NCBI GenBank assembly: GCA_051530055.1
Contig: CM121341.1
Location: forward strand, 6,860,784-6,924,783
DNA from: Neoechinorhynchus agilis
Lineage: Eukaryota > Animalia > Acanthocephala
Reading direction: 5' to 3'
Length of the DNA: 64,000 bases
Positions within the stretch are counted from its first letter, which is position 1, and every line of letters begins with the position of its first letter. A model generated the notes under the pieces. That model was not told where the DNA came from. It made no database searches and saw nothing but the letters and a program-made list of their open reading frames with translations. Positions 45,371 to 57,255 of this stretch are shown here, in pieces. A program made the position numbers and the translations under genes.

Positions 45371-47776
45371 TTCGCCACTTTTCATGGGGCAGGGGAAACG
45401 GTCAAATTTAAGCGAAGTTCATAGATCTCATGAAACGTGATAGCTGCGGGCAAAATAAAGCCATATTTCGAATCAGCGGATTCGCCACTTTTCATGGGGC
45501 GGAGGAAACGGTCAAATTTAAGAGAAGTTCATCGATCTCATGAAACGTGATAGCTGCGGGCAAAATAAAGCCATATTTGGAATCAGCGGATTCGCCACTT
45601 TTCATGGGGCGAAGGAAACGGTCAAATTTAAGAGAAGTTCATAGATCTCATGAAACGTGATAGCTGCGGGCAAAATAAAGCCATATTTGGAATCAGCGGA
45701 TTCGCCACTTTTCATGGGGCGAAGGAAACGGTCAAATTTAAGAAGTTCATCGATCTCATGAAACGTGATAGCTGCGGGCAAAATAAAGCCATATTTGGAA
45801 TCAGCGGATTGCCACTTTTCATGGGGCGAAGGAAACGGTCAAATTTAAGAGAAGTTCATAGATCTCATGAAACGTGATAGCTGCGGGCAAAATAAAGCCA
45901 TATTTGGAATCAGCGGATTCGCCACTTTTCATGGGGCGGAGGAAACGGTCAAATTTAAGAAGTTCATCGATCTCATGAAACGTGATAGCTGCGGGCAAAA
46001 TAAAGCCATATTTGGAATCAGCGGATTCGCCACTTTTCATGGGGCGAAGGAAACGGTCAAATTTAAGAGAAGTTCATAGATCTCATGAAACGTGATAGCT
46101 GCGGGCAAAATAAGCCATATTTGGAATCAGCGGATTCGCCACTTTTCATGGGGCGAAGGAAACGGTCAAATTTAAGAGAAGTTCATAGATCTCATGAAAC
46201 GTGATAGCTGCGGGCAAAATAAAGCCATATTTGGAATCAGCGGATTCGCCACTTTTCATGGGGCGGAGGAAACGGTCAAATTTAAGAGAAGTTCATCGAT
46301 CTCATGAAACGTGATGTCTACGGGGAAAAGAAAACCATATTTGGAATCAGCGGATTCGCCACTTTTCATGGGGCGAAGGAAACGGTCAAATTTAAGAGAA
46401 GTTCATAGATCTCATGAAACGTGATAGCTGCGGGCAAAATAAAGCCATATTTGGAATCAGCGGATTCGCCACTTTTCATGGGGCGAAGGAAACGGTCAAA
46501 TTTAAGAGAAGTTCATCGATCTCATGAAACGTGATAGCTGCGGGCAAAATAAAGCCATATTTGGAATCAGCGGATTCGCCACTTTTCATGGGGCGAAGGA
46601 AACGGTCAAATTTAAGAGAAGTTCATAGATCTCATGAAACGTGATAGCTGCGGGCAAAATAAAGCCATATTTGGAATCAGCGGATTCGCCACTTTTCATG
46701 GGGCGGAGGAAACGGTCAAATTTAAGAAGTTCATCGATCTCATGAAACGTGATAGCTGCGGGCAAAATAAAGCCATATTTGGAATCAGCGGATTCGCCAC
46801 TTTTCATGGGGCGAAGGAAACGGTCAAATTTAAGAGAAGTTCATAGATCTCATGAAACGTGATAGCTGCGGGCAAAATAAAGCCATATTTGGAATCAGCG
46901 GATTCGCCACTTTTCATGGGGCGGAGGAAACGGTCAAATTTAAGAGAAGTTCATAGATCTCATGAAACGTGATAGTTACGGGGAAAAGAAAACCATATTT
47001 GGAATCAGCGGATTCGCCACTTTTCATGGGGCGAAGGAAACGGTCAAATTTAAGAGAAGTTCATAGATCTCATGAAACGTGATAGCTGCGGGCAAAATAA
47101 AGCCATATTTGGAATCAGCGGATTCGCCACTTTTCATGGGGCGAAGGAAACGGTCAAATTTAAGAGAAGTTCATCGATCTCATGAAACGTGATAGCTGCG
47201 GGAAAAAAAGCCATATTTGGAATCAGCGGATTCGCCACTTTTCATGGGGCGAAGAAACGGTCAAATTTAAGAGAAGTTCATAGATCTCATGAAACGTGAT
47301 AGCTGCGGGCAAAATAAAGCCATATTTGGAATCAGCGGATTCGCCACTTTTCATGGGGCGAAGGAAACGGTCAAATTTAAGAAGTTCATGATCTCATGAA
47401 ACGTGATGTCTACGGGGAAAAGAAAACCATATTTGGAATCAGCGGATTCGCCACTTTTCATGGGGCGAAGAACGGTCAAATTTAAGAGAAGTTCATAGAT
47501 CTCATGAAACGTGATAGCTGCGGGCAAAATAAAGCCATATTTGGAATCAGCGGATTCGCCACTTTTCATGGGGCGGAGGAAACGGTCAAATTTAAGAGAA
47601 GTTCATAGATCTCATGAAACGTGATAGTTACGGGGAAAAGAAAACCATATTTGGAATCAGCGGATTCGCCACTTTTCATGGGGCGGAGGAAATTGTCAAA
47701 TTTAAGAGAAGTTCATAGATCTTATGAAACGTGATGTCTACGGGGAAAAGAAAACCATATTTGGAATCAGCGGATC
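45371..47776 (+). repeat. 110-bp satellite (~22 units)
   Basis: ttcgccacttttcatggggcgaaggaaacgg.. period 110 (45481, 45591, ...); no unique spacers. Confidence 0.95.
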
Positions 47777-48404
47777 GAAATGGACTGTAAGAATAACCAC
47801 CGAATTTCGAACCCAACCGAACCCGTGATCCACTCCATAATCAACATTCATTTAACCTATCAGAAATCGAGTGTTTTTGTGAAGACTCAAACGACGACAT
47901 TGGTCCTATTCCTTTTGGATTATCAAGTGAAACGTGTTATTATTATCCTCTGTTATAACGCCATTAAAAGAAGAAACTTTTAATCCTTGGCATTCAATTC
48001 TTTGTCGAAATATCATTTGTTTTTAGAGGTTTTTTTGTTGATTAAAATTACAGGAAATCTTAATAGAAATTATTAACACATGCTTCTTAAAAAAAGAATA
48101 CAGAACTTCCTCTTTTTTAATCTATTGTTCAGCATTTTAAACGAATTTGTTGAAAATGTTTGAAGATTAAATTCTTATTGATTTTATATTAAAGATAGAA
48201 ATTATAAAGCTGTTTTTCGTAGTGAATTTATAACCTTGATGAAAGCACGATATTGTGCGCCGAAAACAATCGGATTCAATAAATTCTCTTAATTTTTTCC
48301 ACCATATAAAAACATGAACAATTCAATGTTCAAATCGAATTTAGTGCGTTGAAGTGTAGATATTCCCTTATACTTCCTAAAATCAGCAATGATGCAAAAT
48401 GAAG

Positions 48405-48492
48405 TAATTTTTTCGATTAAAAACGTTCTGCGGACCTCGTATTGAGTTCTTCATAAGTTTGTTCCGCAGAACGTTTTTAATCGAAAAAATTA
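48405..48492. repeat. Perfect 30-bp inverted repeat with 28-nt spacer
   Basis: taattttttcgattaaaaacgttctgcgga (48405-48434) / tccgcagaacgtttttaatcgaaaaaatta (48463-48492). Confidence 0.85.
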
Positions 48493-49019
48493 TTTACCGA
48501 GTGATGAAGTTTGAAGAGGTGGAAACAATTAAAATAATTTATTAATTCCAATATTTCAGCACGATCTTGTATGCGTTTATCAAGGTCTAAAACAAATGGG
48601 AGCACTGAATGCATTAAATCCTACGTAGGCCAAACAAACAATTTGGATATAATAAATCGTTTTATTTGTTAGGGCACAAAGAAGAGGATCCATGTCCTCG
48701 TTTGGGTCCTCACAAAAACACTATAGTTGTGATTAGATAAAAGAAACTAGCTATTGATTTTGGAGTGGATTACGAGTCCGGTCGGGTGGGAATATGTCCG
48801 GTAGAGTTGGAAGGTCGGTTTTTGTGGGCGAATTGATGTCATTGTTTATTGGAGAGCTTGTGAAGTTAAGTCTTTCCTCGGGTTAATTTTCGGGTGATGA
48901 TATCCGAGAGAAGATTGGGCAGCATTTATGATAATGAAAGAACATAAATATGCGCTCTAAGGAGAGGCATCGATGCCTAGTCCGCAATATTTAATCATTT
49001 TGAGCAACAAGGCCACTTA

Positions 49020-49345
49020 ATGGATATCGAAAACGGCACCATTTTGGCTCGAAGTGGAGTCAGTGCAGCGGAAGGGAGGGAGGTACGAAAATATAGAGAA
49101 TTAGCAAGGGCCCACTATTTTGTCCCCTTCGGAGTAGAGACGTATGGAGCGCTTGGCAGCTCTGCTCCAGGATCTCTCGAAGAAATTGAGAGAAACGACC
49201 GACGACGCACGAGCAGGTGTATTCCTTCGACAAAATATCTCGCTCGCAGTACAACGAAGCAATGCTGCCAGCCTGATGGCGACGGTCGAGGAAGGAGAGA
49301 AGCTGGAATTTGGCGGACGGTGATGATTGCACGTCTTGTACTTTA
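49020..49345 (+). mobile_element. CRE-clade RLE 3' fragment
   Basis: SAAEGREVRKYRELARAHYFVPFGVETYGALGSSA; nucleotide homolog of 37085-37400. Confidence 0.82.
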
Positions 49346-49587
49346 TTAATGTTAAAACCAATTGATAGAGGTCATATTTATTCGTCAGGTTGAAACAGTT
49401 GACTGGGAAATAAGGCATATTTTAAACTGAATCAAGGTACAGTGTAAATGTAATCGTCCCTTATATGGGTGTGGATTTTGGAACCTTTATAAAGGCAAAA
49501 GATTATGCGCCGAAAACAATCGGATTCAATCAATTCCTTTAATTTTTTAGACCATATAAAAAATGAAGTGTTTGAAGATTGAACTGT

Positions 49588-49788
49588 TTATATTGGTTGT
49601 TTTATGGCGAAGAAAATGATTTTCAAACTGTTGATTGTTTTCGGAGACACAATCTTATAAGCCATTTGATCAAGGTCACATATTTTAAGAATTAAAAGCA
49701 ACCTTGATCAAAAGGCGTATAAGATTGTGCCTCCGAAAATAATCGGCAGTTTTAAAACCATTTTCTTCGCCATAAAACAATTAATAAA
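49588..49788. mobile_element. MITE-like foldback (~90-bp arms)
   Basis: ttgttttatggcgaagaaaatg..cacaatcttataagccatttgatcaaggt / accttgatcaaaaggcgtataagattgtg..cattttcttcgccataaaacaa; related half copies at ~12175, ~48235 and ~49485. Confidence 0.7.
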
Positions 49789-50299
49789 TAAGCGAATGTA
49801 ATATTTAGGTCTTGGAGATTCTTATTCTTTAGAATTTTTTAATCATCAAGAGAAAAATCATTTGGGGTCGCCGTGGATGAGAAATCAATTAAAGATTTTT
49901 CAAATGATTGATTAGGCTTCCTTTTTTTTGGAAATATCTCAATTTTTTAAATGTGTTATTTAAAAGTCTTCTTAACCTTTAAAATAATTCTTTAAAATTA
50001 AAGACGTTCTTTGAACCTTGTCGAGTTCATCATGATCATCAGCAGTTGGTTAGTTATTAAAAGTGTCTTGGAGATTCTTATTCTTTAGAATTTGTCTCCA
50101 ATGAACACACAAAAAATCAACTACTCAATAATTTCGAATTCTTTTGAAAAGCGGCAAATCTCCAACGTAATAACTTTTTTTAAGTGTTGAACAAGTTCCA
50201 AATCTTCAGAGATGACGTAATCGTCTAAATTTCTTCCGCTTCTCGCTCTTTGTCGACTGCTCTCTTCGTTGTTTCATTTTCGTCTGATCTTTACAGAAA

Positions 50300-50914
50300 A
50301 TGGGTGCTTACAAGTATTTGAGTGAGATTTACAAGAAGAAACAATCGGATGCGATGAAGTTTTTGTTTCGTGTCCGGACGTGGCAGCTTCGGCAACTTCC
50401 AGCCATTCACCGAGCGTCGCGTCCAATGAGACCGGATAGAGCTCGCCGTCTCGGATACAAAGCCAAACAGGGATTCGTTGTGTACCGAGTCCGGGTTCGT
50501 CGTGGTGGTCGTAAGAAACCGGTTCCAAAAGGTGCCACTTACGGAAAACCCAAACATCATGGAGTTACTAAACTTAAAAACCAAAAATCACACCAAGCTA
50601 TCGCCGAATTGAGAGCCGGCCGCCGCCTACAAGCACTTAGAGTTCTCAATTCGTATTGGATCGGTCAAGATGCTGCTTACAAGTTCTATGAGGTCATTCT
50701 GGTCGATCCTTTCCATAAAGCCATCCGAAGAGATCCCATTATCAACTGGATTTGTAAACCGGTTATGAAAAGACGTGAAACTCGAGGTCTTACATCCGCT
50801 ACAAAGAAATCTAGAGGCCTCGGTAAGGGTCATGGATATAGCGCCACTATTGGAGGATCGAGGAAAGCCTGTTGGAAGAGAAGAAACCGTCTTAATCTTC
50901 ATAGAAAACGATGA
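50300..50914 (+). CDS. RPL15: 60S ribosomal protein L15 (eL15), intronless, 204 aa
   Basis: [65 protein letters not shown]. Confidence 0.98.
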   Translation: MGAYKYLSEIYKKKQSDAMKFLFRVRTWQLRQLPAIHRASRPMRPDRARRLGYKAKQGFVVYRVRVRRGGRKKPVPKGATYGKPKHHGVTKLKNQKSHQAIAELRAGRRLQALRVLNSYWIGQDAAYKFYEVILVDPFHKAIRRDPIINWICKPVMKRRETRGLTSATKKSRGLGKGHGYSATIGGSRKACWKRRNRLNLHRKR

Positions 50915-50964
50915 AACATTAAACTGGGAGAGAGAAAAAATAAATGACCAAGTCGCCATCCGTG

Positions 50965-52447
50965 ATTTGTGGACGATAATCTTCATTCAAGGCGTCCAGT
51001 GTTCTAAAAAAAGACGAAACGTTGAAGGAATGCAAAGTTTAGGTTTGATTATTTCTCGAAATCGCATTTTGCCCTGCCATTGAAAAAGATTTGTGGACGA
51101 TAATCTTTAAAAAAGCATTCTAGCGTTGCTTTCTTTGTTCTAAAAAAGGAAGCGTTGAAGGAATGCAAAATCAAAGTTGATTATTTCTCGAGGTCGCATT
51201 TTGCGACCATTGAAAAATCTACATGACAATTTTGAAATCATTTTCGCGACTTTTTATTTGTGGACGATAATCTTCATTCAAGGCGTCCAGTGTTCTAAAA
51301 AAAGGAAACGTTGAAGGAATGCAAAGTTTAGGTTTGATTATTTCTCGAAATCGCATTTTGCCCTGCCATTGAAAAAGATTTGTGGACGATAATCTTTAAA
51401 AAAGCATTCTAGCGTTGCTTTCTTTGTTCTAAAAAAGGAAGCGTTGAAGGAATGCAAAATCAAGGTTGATTATTTCTCGAGGTCGCATTTTGCGACCATT
51501 GAAAAATCTACATGACAATTTTGAAATCATTTTCGCGACTTTTTATTTGTGGACGATAATCTTCATTCAAGGCGTCCAGTGTTCTAAAAAAAGGAAACGT
51601 TGAAGGAATGCAAAGTTTAGGTTTGATTATTTCTCGAAATCGCATTTTGCCCTGCCATTGAAAAAGATTTGTGGACGATAATCTTTAAAAAAGCATTCTA
51701 GCGTTGCTTTCTTTGTTCTAAAAAAGGAAGCGTTGAAGGAATGCAAAATCAAGGTTGATTATTTCTCGAGGTCGCATTTTGCGACCATTGAAAAATCTAC
51801 ATGACAATTTTGAAATCATTTTCGCGACTTTTTATTTGTGGACGATAATCTTCATTCAAGGCGTCCAGTGTTCTAAAAAAGACGAAACGTTGAAGGAATG
51901 CAAAGTTTAGGTTTGATTATTTCTCGAAATCGCATTTTGCCCTGCCATTGAAAAAGATTTGTGGACGATAATCTTTAAAAAAGCATTCTAGCGTTGCTTT
52001 CTTTGTTCTAAAAAAGGAAGCGTTGAAGGAATGCAAAATCAAGGTTGATTATTTCTCGAGGTCGCATTTTGCGACCATTGAAAAATCTACATGACAATTT
52101 TGAAATCATTTTCGCGACTTTTTATTTGTGGACGATAATCTTCATTCAAGGCGTCCAGTGTTCTAAAAAAAGACGAAACGTTGAAGGAATGCAAAGTTTA
52201 GGTTTGATTATTTCTCGAAATCGCATTTTGCCCTGCCATTGAAAAAGATTTGTGGACGATAATCTTTAAAAAAGCATTCTAGCGTTGCTTTCTTTGTTCT
52301 AAAAAAGGAAGCGTTGAAGGAATGCAAAATCAAGGTTGATTATTTCTCGAGGTCGCATTTTGCGACCATTGAAAAATCTACATGACAATTTTGAAATCAT
52401 TTTCGCGACTTTTTATTTGTGGACGATAATCTTCATTCAAGGCGTCC
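50965..52447 (+). repeat. ~290-bp dimeric satellite (~5 units, two related subunits)
   Basis: atttgtggacgataatctt starts both subunits; the higher-order period is ~290. Confidence 0.92.
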
Positions 52448-52840
52448 GGTGTGACAAAATGCACTCTTTCGAATCCTCAGACGTTATATTACTTGCCAAG
52501 CGCCGCCGGGAGAGCCCAACATCGCGTTTTGTACCCACATTTTCAACGAAACCCTCATGTTATTAGAAGACTGTAGCTATCAATGACGAAACCTTGTGCC
52601 AATTAAGCGTACAATCCTCACAATTACATGAATATTACTTTCTCAAGACTGAGCTTCTCAGAGAAAAGAACTACAATGTTGATGAACTCCGTCAGTATGT
52701 AAGCGACATGGAGCCTTTTGTCAAATGCAATCAATAAATAGCGTATGACACTATTACACGGGATCGAGGTGGTCTTCTTTCCCAGGACGTTTCTGGAGGA
52801 TGTCGATATGTGGCCAATTACTCGATTGTTTAGAAGTCTG

Positions 52841-53062
52841 ATTGTGCGTTGGCGAATCCTGCCCCCGGTGCTTTCGTTACTCATTTATATTCGAAATATT
52901 TCACAAGGTTTTCCTTGCCTCTTCAGTCGATATTGCTTGTAAGTTTTTATCGATAAAAACTTACAAGCAATATCGACTGAAGAGGCAAGGAAAACCTTGT
53001 GAAATATTTCGAATATAAATGAGTAACGAAAGCACCGGGGGCAGGATTCGCCAACGCACAAT
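52841..53062. repeat. Perfect spacer-less palindrome, 2 x 111 bp
   Basis: Centre at aagtttttat|cgataaaaactt (52951/52952); no mismatches seen along the arms. Confidence 0.93.
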
Positions 53063-53074
53063 TTCATCACCCGG

Positions 53075-53117
53075 TAGATAATTTTTCGAACCTCCTCGGG
53101 TTCATCATCAGTTCTAA
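53075..53117 (-). ncRNA. Minimal type-I hammerhead motif of Penelope type (probably degenerate)
   Basis: Minus strand UAGAA-CUGAUGA-U-GAACC-cgagga-GGUUC-GAAA-AAUUA-UCUA: perfect 5-bp stem II, palindromic mini stem III, 4-bp stem I with one extra/mismatched base. Confidence 0.6.
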
Positions 53118-53700
53118 AATACAAGTCGATGGCTGATTGTGTTGTTTGATTTCGGTTAGCTATGAAGGTAGAGTTGTTACTTCGTTGGAAGAAGGCTTCT
53201 TTAATTAAGAACGTCGAAAGTTATTGCGTTCACTTGCTAAAACCATTGTTTGGTCCTAAATTGATAACGTTGCCCTTTTTCAGCTCGTACAGTGCAATAT
53301 TCAGCGCATTGGACCGTCAATGTTCCGCAAATCTTGTCTTCAGATTCCGGCCTGTTTGTCCAATGTAATTGCCGTTGCATTTTTTTCATCAAAAAACTTT
53401 GTAGACAACAGCCCTCTTTTTTCTACCTCCTGATATTTTTGGGAAATGAGGTTTCCTATCAGCACGGGAGGTTGAAATTAAGATTGGCATTTTACAAGAC
53501 CGCTGTTCTTCACAATCCTAGAAATTTTGTTACGCCAAAATGTCCTCCGGCACTCCATTGCGTAGGTCCGTTCGATTGGTTTCGTTTGAATTGCTTTGTC
53601 TCGAAGAACTTCATGCAAAAAGCCTTTGAATATACCAACTTTTATGCTCTTGTATTATTTATTTAAGTACGCAGCATACAGATTCGCTCAAAACAACAAA
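53075..53700 (-). mobile_element. Penelope-like element remnant (GIY-YIG endonuclease end + 3' hammerhead)
   Basis: Minus strand 53318-53413 reads AVVYKVF**KKCNGNYIGQTGRNLKTRFAEH, the Penelope GIY-YIG signature (VVYKI.C..C...YIGQTGR.L..R..EH), with stops. Confidence 0.78.
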
Positions 53701-54145
53701 AGAGTTATGTATTCCAAGTGATTCCATCTTGTTCTCGTTGCAAATATTCCTGACTCTTCCGTTTGGCTGATCTCGGAGACGACGAGACCAGGATTAAGTA
53801 ACAAAATAATGAGATAACAAAATCTCTTGCTGTAAAAACTGTTCCACAGTAGATATAATTATTTGTTTCACCATTCTTTTTTTGAATCAACACAATTAGT
53901 TTCAGTTGTTGGATTTCAACCGATTAAACATTTTGATTCTCGCTAATGTATCGTTTCCTCAGAGAGAGGTCGCGCAGAGCATTCAGTACTGAAGTCTCCT
54001 TTAAACATAGCACACAATCCTCATGCAATATGGCCAAATCATGTCACAATGCAATAGTTTGGGCTTATCAGTTATTGATCGATTCGAATTGGACTAGATT
54101 ATTTATTTAGTGGTTAACGTCATTCAAGTTTGTAGAACTAATAGT

Positions 54146-54563
54146 TCGAGATTTTTATCCAACGAAAAATGGGTGTTTTTTATTTCTTAATACTCCAAAT
54201 TTTCGACGCCTTGCGTCTTCGTCAGGGAGCTTCCCTTCGGTTATCTGAAAAGGATCAGAGGAAGGCAACGCTGTCCGTCAGCTCATCCCTCTTATTGAGC
54301 TCTGCCTCGTTGTGTCTGTCCCTGCTGCTCGCAACCCCACTTCCCACGATTAATGCATAGCGCCTCGGCAATCGAGAGAGCCACAGGATCGGATGCCCTG
54401 TGCATTACCTCAACCTCGAAGGCTGGGCTGGCACCAAGCTCCCTGCGTCGAAAATTTGGAGTATTAAGACATAAAAAATACCCATTTTTCGTTGGATAAA
54501 AAAAATCTGGAATAAAACATGAGGGTGTTGGGAAAAGAGGCTTTCCATAATAGAACTAATAGT
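54146..54563. mobile_element. TIR element with GC-rich ~200-bp core, flanked by a 13-bp direct repeat
   Basis: Arms 54149-54232 and 54436-54508 are inverted; tagaactaatagt at 54133-54145 and 54551-54563. Confidence 0.6.
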
Positions 54564-54747
54564 GATAATCAAATGTGAAATCGAAGACCGCAAAGAAGTT
54601 GAAGGAACATAATAATAACGGAGGTGCTATTTACGCATTTTTTGATCATGCTTCAATCATAGAATCCTGATTACGACCTAATTACCAATAAAGTCTCGTT
54701 GCTCTGAAAAAGCGATCATTTTTAATGCGTTTAAACACATTTTCGAA

Positions 54748-55683
54748 TTGACGCAAAAATATGTCGTTAAGGAAGCAAAAAATAAGTACTGCATTGATAA
54801 GACAGTCTATTTTAGATTGATGTCAGACAACAACTACAATCAACTGCGTGATTTGTATCGTGACATTGGATTCGATCTTGACGCCAATCAATCGATTTAT
54901 GCCATCCCGGCCGGTGAACCTACTGACGGTCTTGAGCGGCTTCTTCTACTTCTGCAATCGACTTTCCCTTCGCTAAAAAAATTGAGTGATCAGTATCTAG
55001 CAGCGACGGATGCGTCTTTAACTCGGCGAATATCGTCCATTGGATCAATTCGGACGATCATGACTCAGAATCCCAATGATGCGGATCGACTAGATCGTTA
55101 CTTGTCGTGTTTACGGAAATGGAAATCACAGGGAGTTGACGTATGGACGAAGGTAGCCAGTTATGATGTTAGTGGAGGTACTAATTTCAATGGGTTTGCA
55201 TTGCAACGTATCGCAACGTCGATAAAATACCTCGATTACGGAAAAGAAAATGAAGTTCGCATAAAGAGAAAGCGGACGGCTCATCGTTCCACGGAAAAAG
55301 ATCAGGAATTAATGGTAAAGGAGCTTAAAAGTAACGCGCGAGTTTCGCACAAACCGGAATCCGCAGTTGAGGACCTTTACGAGAAATTATCAACTTCTTT
55401 TAAGAGCAAAAAAGTACCAATCCAAAGCATCGATCTTGTTGATAGAACATCCTTTGCCAAAACCGTTGAGAACTACTTTAATTTGTCTTTCTTGATTTCA
55501 GAGAAGTGCGTGAAGGTCAGCCAAGAAGGACGTGGTGATCTATCTTTCGAAGTGAAAGAATACGACGTTGAACAGGATACTGAGGAATCGCCTCGTAAAT
55601 ATGTCCATGGAGTCATTCTTCTCAATGGGAAGGATTGGAAGAAAACACAGGGAGCGAATCTGTCTGAAGGTGAGGAAAAATGA
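54748..55683 (+). CDS. NSMCE4A: SMC5/6 kleisin NSE4/EID family
   Basis: C-terminal DLVDRTSFAKTVENYFNLSFLISE matches Nse4_C (VDP.SF..TVEN.F..SF). Confidence 0.7.
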   Translation: MTQKYVVKEAKNKYCIDKTVYFRLMSDNNYNQLRDLYRDIGFDLDANQSIYAIPAGEPTDGLERLLLLLQSTFPSLKKLSDQYLAATDASLTRRISSIGSIRTIMTQNPNDADRLDRYLSCLRKWKSQGVDVWTKVASYDVSGGTNFNGFALQRIATSIKYLDYGKENEVRIKRKRTAHRSTEKDQELMVKELKSNARVSHKPESAVEDLYEKLSTSFKSKKVPIQSIDLVDRTSFAKTVENYFNLSFLISEKCVKVSQEGRGDLSFEVKEYDVEQDTEESPRKYVHGVILLNGKDWKKTQGANLSEGEEK

Positions 55684-56244
55684 AATGTTTTATAGAGCAA
55701 ACGCTCGTTAGTTTCTATTTGTTATCCACACTCACGACACAAAATGCAGAGCATGTTCAATATCGATTTTAGTTAGAAAAATACCGATATGTTTCAAAGT
55801 ATAAATTGTGTACCTAGGCAGCGATTATCTTTAATTGTAAAGAAATTATTCATTATAGTTTCAATTATCTTTTAAATTGTAGATTGACTGAAAAAGGCCA
55901 ACGAAAAGGCCGAAAGTTTTCAAGATAAATCTATTTCTGAATCAAACATCGCTAATTGAAACTGAGATTATCTTTAAGTAACTCCGATCGTTCAAAACAT
56001 GAAAGACGCCTTAAACATTGAGAAGTTTGATTTTGTTCAGAACATAACAAAATTTCTCACACACGTTTTACGGATTTTGTGCTGAACAAACAAAAACGAA
56101 TCGCATATTAGTTTTCACGATTGGTGAAAAAGAACTGATTCTAAAACACGATTATGTTTTTCTATATTAATGGAATCCTTAAAAAAATCCTAATTTATTG
56201 AAATTTTTCAATCTTTTAGAAAAAAAAGACAATTCATTTCATAA

Positions 56245-56430
56245 ATGTTCATTTCGTAGTTGTGTAGAGGTGGTCAAGTTGACTAACACTCCCGATTCCA
56301 GTTTGTTGGGTCAAAGGGTTTCGAATCCGTTACCGCCGATGACCCATAATCAAAGGGGACGAAATATCTCGTTGAAAGGAGGAGGAAACTCACTGATGAG
56401 TTTTGCCTCCTCAGAAGGTATCTAAGGACT
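56245..56430 (+). mobile_element. Diverged solo copy of the Pol III/permuted-hammerhead element
   Basis: gtagttgtgtagaggtggtcaag (A box), gtttcgaatcc (B box), ggggac-gaaa-tatctc, ctca-ctgatga-gtttt, gaaggta-tc-taag; same strand order as the array. Confidence 0.85.
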
Positions 56431-57255
56431 TCTCTGATGTAAAACATAAAATTCGACCACCGAAAGTGCTAAAATAATTCACATCAATAAAAAAACGTTA
56501 TGAGAGATTAACGATTGATTGACCTTCAGCCTAAAAATTGCTCCTATGATAGATCTGAGTTCGCTTTTGCCAGTAAAAAATTAACATATACCATTTAAAA
56601 TCCAAAATATCGATTGGATGTGTGCCTAAAAAGGAAAACGCCGACTAAAGGATATTCTACAAAAACACTTTATATAGCGAATTATCGAATAATTGATTTG
56701 TGAGCAACAAAGCGGATTACACACTCAATCTGCTTATATGAACGGATCAACCAAATTGAGTGCTTCCATTTTAGATGGATTGAAGAAGGCCTACGCGAAG
56801 GATGAAAATTATCAAATCAATTATTTGATAATTCTCGCAATAAAAATAAAGTTAAAATGATGAACATTTTTACAACTTAATTAATATAACCTGTTTGCCA
56901 GAAAAGACATAAGATAATTATGATTAATTTTTAACCAACTCCACAGGAGTGTTTCGTCTTACAAAGCGGATTACACACTCAATCTGAGGATCCCATGGGA
57001 TAAACCAAATTGAGTGTTTCTTGATTGCATTTTAGATAGACTACGCGAAGGGTGAAAATTATCAAATAAATCGTTTGATAATTCTCGCAAAAAAAATAAA
57101 GTTAAAATGATGAACATTTTTACAACGACTCCACAGACGTGGGTTAATGAAAGTTTAGGAACAAAAAAGTGTCGATTTAGATTGGAAAAAAGATGTACGT
57201 GAGCGCACGATCATTCGCTAGGAGAAATTGTTGTGTGGACACGTTCCCGACACGC

